This document shows, one piece after another, positions 51,627-61,522 of a stretch of 64,000 bases of DNA. Origin of the DNA: Girardia tigrina. Lineage: Eukaryota. The notes under the pieces were generated by a model. That model saw only the letters and a list, made by a program, of their open reading frames with translations, made no database searches and was not told where the DNA came from. Where the stretch lies: assembly GCA_001938485.1 (NCBI GenBank), contig MQRK01229265.1:1-64000 (forward strand), in the 5' to 3' direction. A program made the translations under genes and the position numbers. Every line of letters starts with the position of its first letter. Position 1 is the stretch's first letter.

Positions 51627-54600
51627 GTCAGGTGAAAAAGTTTGTGAACGCTTGTTTCTATACTGCTTTTTGTTGTTGCACTGCATGTTTGTGTATTCCT
51701 TGTTAAGTATACATAAGCCATTTAAATGATTAAATGCATATTTTATTTTATTACTTTTCAAGTTATAAATTGTTATTATTTATTTTAGAATCATGCCTGT
51801 CCGCGGCAAGGAGCTAACAACAGAACAGCGTGCAGCAGAATTGGCATTGCAGAAGCACAGCGTTTCTTATCGACAAATAACTACAACTCTTAATGTTTCT
51901 CTTGGAGTTGTGTGTCAGACTGTTCAGAGAAAAAGGTAGACTGGTTCCTTATGTTCAAGATCTCGATCTAATCGTCCAAGGTCAACCAGTCAAAGAGATG
52001 ACAGAAAAATTTGACAGGAGGCTAAAAGAACCCCTCATGTTACAGCAGTGGAACTTCGCAGTAGGCTGTCCCAGCACTTGCAAACCGTCATTATGAAAAG
52101 TTTTGATAAATTTGTGTCTTATTATAATGTTCTAATAAAATCTTTGTATTTTGGTGTGCTTTTGTCAATATAATTGCAGTTGGGTGAAAAACACAATTTA
52201 ACAACAAGCGTTCACAAACTTTTGCACCTGACTGTATATATAATATATTATCAACGGTTGGATTTAAATATTTAAGAACCGGTTCTACCGAACCGGCTGA
52301 ATCCCACCACTGCAAGTAAGTCAAAGATTTATTTAAATGAAGCGGATCATCAAAGTAACCCATAGATGATGTAAACACTACACAACTATATCATTTAATT
52401 GGTGCAATAAAAATCTAAATTACCCACATTTACGTAACAAATAATAATAATATCAGATCAAATCTTTTCGTTATTTTACTGATAATAGTTCATTAATTTA
52501 TTACATTAATTAATTTAAAAAAATGCATAATTTTTGTTTACAATAAGTTACGTTTGTCGGTTATTTTTAAATTTTAACTTGTTAGTAACCAGTTCGCCGA
52601 AGTCAAAAAATTATAAGAACCGGTTGTACCGAACCGGTGCGATCCGGCTGACTCCCACCACTGTATATAAGATATTTATATTAGAACAAAATAAAGTAAA
52701 AATGAATTAAATAAACTATATTTCAATAGCTAATTAATTTCTTTTTAATTGTGTCAAACTTTTCGTCACTCATTTTAATAAGGTCGGTTTCACAATTAAA
52801 TGAATCTATCCGGATAGCCATGGAAAATCAAAGTCCAGTAGAAAACTTTCTAAAAAAAATTTAGTTTTTCTTCGACCGCTTTAATTCTTTAGTTTTTTGG
52901 TTGCCATGCGATATCAAATTTATTCAGCTGTAAATGTAACTTATAAATATATTGTGGTTTAATCGTTACAGTAAACCTTTTAAGTATGTATTATTGTTAC
53001 AAATTAATGTTTGATTAAACACATATCTCTATTAATAATTTGTTTCGAATACAACCTTGTTGCGTCAGCTAATTTTACTATACTTTTTTTTACTAATTTT
53101 CACTATTTTTTGTTTTTAAAAAGATTTGCTTAGGAAGTTAACAGATATTCGTCATAATTCATTTTATAACGAAAAAAATCGTCTATGGCTTTTTTTTATC
53201 AAAAACCATATAAAACAAATTTTATGAAATCTTTGAACTTCTTCAGTAAATTGTAATAATCTATTAATCTTTTTCAGTGAAGTGAATTTTATTTGAGAAA
53301 AAAGCTTTTCGATAAATGTGAACACTTTCAATGAAATACAAATGAAGATCAAATGTTTTTAATCGAAACAAAATCTATACATAGGCTAACGAAACTGTGA
53401 TACTAGTTATATGACAGAAGTTGAAAAAAATGAGGGAGAAATAAAAAATACTGTTTACGTATATTATTTGTATATACATAATATAATTTCAAATAAATTA
53501 TTAATAACAATCAGCATTATTAATTATGTCATGTTGCCCTAAAATCAATGTTCAATCGGCAGTCTCAACCAGCTAATTGATAATTTTTGATTGGCGTGAT
53601 TTTATGCAATCGATTATACAATCATCGATTTTGCATTTATTTACAGGCGAATTAAATTATTTATCAGTGACCTGATGATGACGAAATATATTGATCCATC
53701 GAAATATATTGTCAATTAATAATGTTTAAATGGATGAATTTGTTGTAAATAGCAATAAACTAATTTATATATTTATACAATATATATATTTTTTGTAAAA
53801 CGTATACTTATTTTAAAAATAAGTAGTAAAATATTATAATTAAGATTACAATATATCCTTTAATAATAATTATTATTACATGGTTATTAATAATTATATC
53901 CACTTTATTAATATTTATATCCAATTCAATAGTTAATTAATAACTTTATGTATTTGAATTAAGGAAATCATTAAAAAATTCATCCCAATATGGAAAATAA
54001 TAACAACATCAACAATGTCACAGTTTCTGATCAAAGGTTAAGGGCTAGGAAGAAAAGAATCCCATTAACTTTAGAAAAGCTAAAACTAATTGAAACCATG
54101 GATGAAAAGGGCTACTCGGTATCAATCATATCTGAGCGATTAAACTTATCTAAATCTACTGTATACAAAAAGTTAGAAAAAATTTATTTATGCAAGGAGC
54201 AAAGTAAAAACGTATCTGGGTTGATAAAGAAATCTGGCCCAAAGGTAATGGAAGCCAATGAAAAGAGTATGATTTTGTCCGATATAGTTCAGGAAGATAA
54301 TGAATTGACACAGCAAGGAAAAACTGAAAGAAAGTAGTATCTTTGTGTCTCAGGCGATTGTATCAAACTGCCTCAAAAAATTAGATATCACCAGAAAACG
54401 TTTAAAGTTACGTTCAAGTGTTGTCTTAAATGATGAACTGATACATAAAAGAAAGATTTATGCAAGAGAGTTTCTAAGAGATATGATTAACAAGCGCTTG
54501 TTTTTCTTGGATGAAACAGGCTTTAATTTCCATATCTCTAAGTCATATGGATGCGATAAGACATGTTCCTTCAAACCGTGGAAGAAATCTTTCTTTGTTA

Positions 54601-57600
54601 GCAATAATTTCAGATGTCAAAGTGATGAATTACAAGTTGTTGAGTGGTCCATACAATACCGAAAATTTTTTAGCTTTTCTTAATGATTGTTTTTTACAAA
54701 ATATTTTTGAACCAAATTCGATTTTAATCATGGACAATGTGAAGTTTCACCATTCTGATAGTATAAAGAGATTTTTACAGGAAAGGAACATGAATCTTAA
54801 ATATCTTCCTGCATATAGCCCTTCTCTAAATCCTTTTGAAGAAGTCTTTAGTGCTCTCAAAGCAAGATACACCTCTTACAGACCAAGGCCAACATCTATA
54901 AATGAGATGTGTGAATTATTGAATACTCTAATGTCCTTCATGAACGACAATGATTCGTTTAATTTCCAGAATTTATATTTTCATATGCACGAATTTGTCA
55001 GAAAAGCATAAAATGGAGAGCAATTTTAAATAAAATCTTACATGACTTTTATGTTTCTATTTTAATATACTTGTAAAATTTTGTATGGTATATTGTACAC
55101 ATAAGAGACTTTTACTATTAGGTTGTTCGATATGAAACGGGTCAAACTTCACACCTTACATTTCAATCGCGTATAACTTAACTTTGAACTATCGTATGAA
55201 AATAAATAAGGTATTTCTTGACAGATATATTATTCCTCTTTAAAAATCAATTATTTAATTTCAAATATATTGAATAGCTTCTTGTCAACAAACAATCAAA
55301 CAGCGCAATGGAAATCAGTGAAATCAGAATTTTAATGAAATATGAGTTCCACCGTGGAGCCACAACACGTCAGGCAGTTGGAAATATCAACAGTGTGNNN
55401 NNNNNNNNNNNNNNNNNNNNNNNNNNNNNNNNNNNNNNNNNNNNNNNNNNNNNNNNNNNNNNNNNNNNNNNNNNNNNNNNNNNNNNNNNNNNNNNNNNNN
55501 NNNNNNNNNNNNNNNNNNNNNNNNNNNNNNNNNNNNNNNNNNNNNNNNNNNNNNNNNNNNNNNNNNNNNNNNNNNNNNNNNNNNNNNNNNNNNNNNNNNN
55601 NNNNNNNNNNNNNNNNNNNNNNNNNNNNNNNNNNNNNNNNNNNNNNNNNNNNNNNNNNNNNNNNNNNNNNNNNNNNNNNNNNNNNNNNNNNNNNNNNNNN
55701 NNNNNNNNNNNNNNNNNNNNNNNNNNNNNNNNNNNNNNNNNNNNNNNNNNNNNNNNNNNNNNNNNNNNNNNNNNNNNNNNNNNNNNNNNNNNNNNNNNNN
55801 NNNNNNNNNNNNNNNNNNNNNNNNNNNNNNNNNNNNNNNNNNNNNNNNNNNNNNNNNNNNNNNNNNNNNNNNNNNNNNNNNNNNNNNNNNNNNNNNNNNN
55901 NNNNNNNNNNNNNNNNNNNNNNNNNNNNNNNNNNNNNNNNNNNNNNNNNNNNNNNNNNNNNNNNNNNNNNNNNNNNNNNNNNNNNNNNNNNNNNNNNNNN
56001 NNNNNNNNNNNNNNNNNNNNNNNNNNNNNNNNNNNNNNNNNNNNNNNNNNNNNNNNNNNNNNNNNNNNNNNNNNNNNNNNNNNNNNNNNNNNNNNNNNNN
56101 NNNNNNNNNNNNNNNNNNNNNNNNNNNNNNNNNNNNNNNNNNNNNNNNNAGTGTGTTGACAACATGGGGGATATTTTGATTAAAAATAAAATGTTATTAT
56201 TTAAAAAAAATCGATTTACATTTTACTTTAATTTTGACCCGTTTCATATCGAACAACCTAATAAAAACTAGTGAAAAATATTAGAAGTATGGCTTAAAAG
56301 CATATATTTTTGAAACAAAAATGAATTAATACTATATATCTAAAAATATTATAATTTTTAATAAAATGGATATAATTATTAATAAAGAGGATATAATTAT
56401 TAATAACCCTGTAAAAAAGAAGAATATAGGAATAAATTATTTTATAATAAATAAATTTTTTTCAAATACAGTCTCAGTGATGAGGTTAATTGGAAAAGTG
56501 AGGCAAGAAAAATATGACTGAAGCAAAAGTTGTTGTGCTTATATCTCTGCTTCCAGATTCACAACTAAGTCAAGATGCACTTCAACTTGTAGAAAACCGT
56601 GGCTAAGACAAAAATATTTCATTTGATTAGTTTTCTAAACTTATACAACGTACATGCGGCGTCCAAAACATCCTTGCAATATGTTGGAAGAAACTATTAT
56701 TTTGTCACGCAATTTTACTTTTATTGTAGCTATATTATAATACAGTTTTGGCTTAAAACTTTATTAAAAGTTTGCCGAATTTTCAATAACAAATGAATAC
56801 AATGTACTCAGCATTTTTTCTTGTTGTAGCTCGCGGATCTTCTTTGAGAACAGTTAGTTTCTCCTCTTCCAAATTGTATGACGGCCGTCCACTGCGTGGC
56901 TCATCCTCACAGACAAAGTTTACACTATTTAATTTTGCTACCCAGTCGGAGCATGTTCTGAGGCCAACTGTGCATTCACCAAGGATGCAGTTGATTTCTT
57001 TATGATTATTGGCAGTTGACAGTCCTCTCTTCCAGTTGCAATAAATGATTTTTCTAATATATTCTTGAGAAAACAGCATTTTCAGTACGAATACTCACTA
57101 GAAAAACGAAAAACATTCGTAATAGATTTAAACAATGTTTAATTTCATACAAATTAAGTATTTTATTATAAAAGTTCTGTTCAAATTGTGAAAATTTTAA
57201 CATATATTGTTAAAAAAAACTACTGAAGAGTACATGGTAAAAATTTCATTAACCGCGAATGCATAGAACTAATTTTAGAAAGCTTTATTCACTGGTAGAA
57301 ATTTTTGAGCCAAACCTGTAGATTTAATTTGTATAGGTTCTTTTAAATTACAATTGTATATTATATGTTTTGTATTGTATATTATATATTATTTTATGTT
57401 CGCAAGATTTTGGAATTTGGTGCAAGTTCTTCATAAAGCAGTGGAATATTACAGCGTTATTTAGTTTCTTAAATCACACCATATTTCCAATGATCAAGTT
57501 TTCAACCAATAAGTATCGAAAAATAGCTAGTATTCTACATAAAACTGAACGATGCACAAGTGAATTGCACTGTTTAAACATGGATGATAGTTGACTTTTG

Positions 57601-60600
57601 ATGACCAAATGGTTGAATGCCAATGTGAAATTTCTGACCAAAGTAAAGATATGTTTTAATCTTTACTGCTAAAAGACCATTGAATCAGAACACGGACGCT
57701 GGTTGATGCTATGGATTTGAGTAAAAAAATACGAGTAATCCTGCATGAATTTGGAATGATAAGGCTTGCGTCCAGATTTGTTCCCGACTTTATTTCTTCA
57801 GAGATGTTTGAGAATCGAATGTATTTCTGTCAGGCAAACTTCGTTTCTTCCAACAGCACGGTGAAGTGCTCCTGTGTTATATGCTCACGCAAAGTAAAAT
57901 GCACCTCAGTCTGGATCACAAAATTCTAGACTATTTAACTATTAAATTATATTTTCTTAAAAACAGTACAATACATTAAAGGATTTAAAATTCGTATAAC
58001 GACACCAATAATATTTTTTAATCAATAACAATTTTATTTTTATGGTCATCGAAAATTGGATTTATTTGTTTTATTTAATTAGAACTTTTTCAATTTATTT
58101 TATGTTTTCCAGTTAAAGAATTTGATATTTATCCCCCTAAAAATATACAACTAATTTCCGAGAATTATTTGACTTTTGTCTCGCAACCAAAGGTTAATTT
58201 GTATTATAAAAGTACAATTGTCTTTAATATTTACACATTTATATTTTATAGTTAGGTCATGAAGCTTTGTCTTCTTACTCTTTTTTTTAATTCTCATTAT
58301 GACTTGAATAATAAACCTCCTTTGTTTTGAAAGCGTATTGTCTTTCTAGTACATGAATAATATATTATATCAATCTATAAAGATTCATATTTAGAACTAA
58401 GTCCTAGTGACATTTTATGTCTACAGAGATATGTTTAAATGAGACTCAAAATACTATTAAAAAAAGGTTTAGAGAAATTATTAATAAATAATTTATAATG
58501 AAAGTATTGTTTTTGAAGGGATTAAAGTAATAATGATTGACTTGAACACCCTCATGACTTGTGGCCCCAAAGAGAACCGTTTCATTTTTGCTTTTTAATC
58601 GCATTAATTGTGAGTATAAAATTAAATTATACAATTTGTAAATCATACTCTTCAATTATATACATCAATATTTATAATTTTAAGTATGGATGTATTAAAT
58701 TAATTATTAATTTATCATTTTTAGTCAATGTTGTCTAGACAATATTTAAATTTAAATATAATAATAAAATTATTTCTATTTTTAATATTTAGATAATTTT
58801 ATTTTTATTTTAAGTTATATTTTAAAAATATTAAAAATTTATTTTATTTGATTCATTTTAAGATTTTTAATTATTTATTTTTATTTAGTTTATTTTTATA
58901 TTTTTTTCAAAGGTTGAATTTAAATAAATTCGTATTTTTATAAAGAAACTATTTTAATTTGCTTGACGTAATTTGTTTTTAAAATAAAATTTAAATAAAA
59001 AAATAAATTATTTAATTGATTTAAAAAATTCATTTTTTATAAAGAATTTTTTTTGATATTTTCAAATTTTATGTTTTTAAGTTTTGTTATATTTAAAAAA
59101 AATATTAAAAAGATTTAAAAATTATAAAATAAATATAGTATTTGAAGTATTTTATATAAATATTTTTAATTTGTAATTAAAAGATAAAAAATAGTACAAT
59201 TTAATTGTTATGTAAGTACGGAATCGAAATTTGCATTAATTATATTGTTCTTATTTATTGTTATTCATATTTTGGATTTCAAATCTCTCCCCTGTAAAAG
59301 TCAAATTCAAACTGAGACATTTACGATCTTTGAAATGATAATCGCTGAAAATTTTTAGTCTGCTATTTTTTGCTTTATATATATATATATATATATTGAC
59401 ACGAGAAAAAATTAATTTAAATATAATTAATTAAATATATATTTAATCAATGAAAAAAGAATTAAATAAATCAAATAAATATTAGAAATTAGATCAAGTT
59501 AAATAAAATTTAAAATTTTATTATTGTAAATTGTTTAGTTTAAATGAACAAAGAATAAATATTTTATGATAAATGATTCACGAGTAAATATATTTATTTC
59601 CTTGTTAGTCAGAGCGTGCCAATTTCGTGCCAAACTGGTGCGTGTGTGTCTCGTGAGCCAAGAGCGAGTAATTGGCTCGAGTCGTTTGAATTTAGTGAAG
59701 TTTTTATTTCACTGTTTCATGATTATTTTTAAAATTTGGTGTTTCTTGCCATGATTTACTATTACAAGCGATAAGTAATTTAAATACGATTTAAATTCTG
59801 AACTGGCGATTTGATCACTATTTGTTTTGATTTTGAGCTGAATTATTGTACGATATATTTTTAGATAAATTTGATGATATTTTAAGTTTAATTATTTGAC
59901 GAAATATATATTTTTTGAGTTTCATTATTTGATGATAACGGTTTAAACGATTAAACAAATTTGAGAAAACTTTTCTTTCTTTTGAATTCTTTTTATCAAA
60001 TGAAACAGGAAATTAATTCTAATAAATTCAACAAATCCTCGAAATACAAAATCAGTTCGAGCTTTTATTCTTTACGCACCTCTGCTTTCACCGTCCGGTC
60101 TTCGGAACAACCTGGGGATTCGGCTGAACAATGTTCTTGTATTAAATGAACTGAAAATATCAGTAAAATAAAAAATTTATTTCATTAATTTTCCACAACA
60201 AAATAAACCATTTTTTCCAAAATTTAAATTAATTTTGAAACATTAGATCAAAACAGTTTAATTTTAATAACAATTTAATTTCTTCCATAAAACGGAACAA
60301 ATGCGTAATAAATTATATTTCTTTAAATAATTTTATTTTTGCTTTAAAAAATAAATGAGACAGTTAAACGTTTTTATTTTTGTTTTTAATAGAAATAATA
60401 ATTATTCAATTTATTGGTTTAATTTAAATTTTTAATTATTATTTTTACTTTTCATAATATCATCATTCTCTAAAAAATAAATATATGTTTTCTGAACGAA
60501 ATTGATAATTAAAAATTTATGTAAATTATTAAAATATGTATTTTATAGAATTCCTAAATTGAATTATTTACTGTAATTTCGTAGATGTTTTTAATTTATA

Positions 60601-61489
60601 AAATGATTTACTATCAAATTTTGCAAGAATTGGTTCAAAATATTTTAATTGATCAAAATATTTTAAATATTTTAATATTTTAAATGAAATTTTCAATCTT
60701 TTGAAGACATTTTTGTACCTTGAGTATTTTTAAGTGTTTTAATAAGAGAGACATGGCTTATAGTTTGAGATTCTACAGTTTAAGAAGTATAACTCATTCT
60801 ACTAAAATTCTTTGAAATATACTCGAAAAATGTTCATAAATACATATATTAGATTGTCACAAAAGTTTTGTCTTAAAGAAAAAAGGAAAATTTAACAATA
60901 AACAATTGTATTTTTCACAATCATTATAACAACCGTGAAACAAAATGACTTTACTTCTATGTAAATATGATATATATATATATATATATATATACAATAT
61001 AATATAATATAGTATCTATATATAATATAGTTTGTGCAATTTTTAGGAATAATTTCTTGAGTTATACGATCACCTAAATCTTTTTTTTAAATACTTCCCA
61101 TATTTCTTATTTATAACAGGATTTAAATTGTTAAAAGGTAATGAAGTACTAGCGGAAAATTCAAATGTATAGAAAACCTAAGAATAAATATATTACTTTT
61201 TAATTGTAGATATATTTGTACAAAAACTCTCAATTTTATTTGCTCTAAAATTGCTTGAAAGAAAGTTAAAATGTGTTTTAGAATGATAAATTAAAAAATA
61301 TTTTTGTGCAAAAACAAATGTTGACACATATGTGAATATATTTCATTTCTGTTTATGCTATTCTTAATATCCGTTAAGAAAATATCACTTGAAATGTCAC
61401 GAACATTTGGCGGACTTTGTTTTGTATCACTTGACGCAAAACATCGTTTTTTTAGCAAATTAACTATTTTATTATGATTAATTTTGTCT

Positions 61490-61522
<33 letters not shown>

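Noticed and set aside
38376-56271. Long ORFs made mostly of X (38376-38771, 49422-49878, 55308-56271)
   Set aside because: Artefacts of N gaps; only the mariner-like ends are informative.
56477-56521. C/D box snoRNA-like GTGATGA...CTGA
   Set aside because: Only ~45 nt, with no recognisable rRNA guide.
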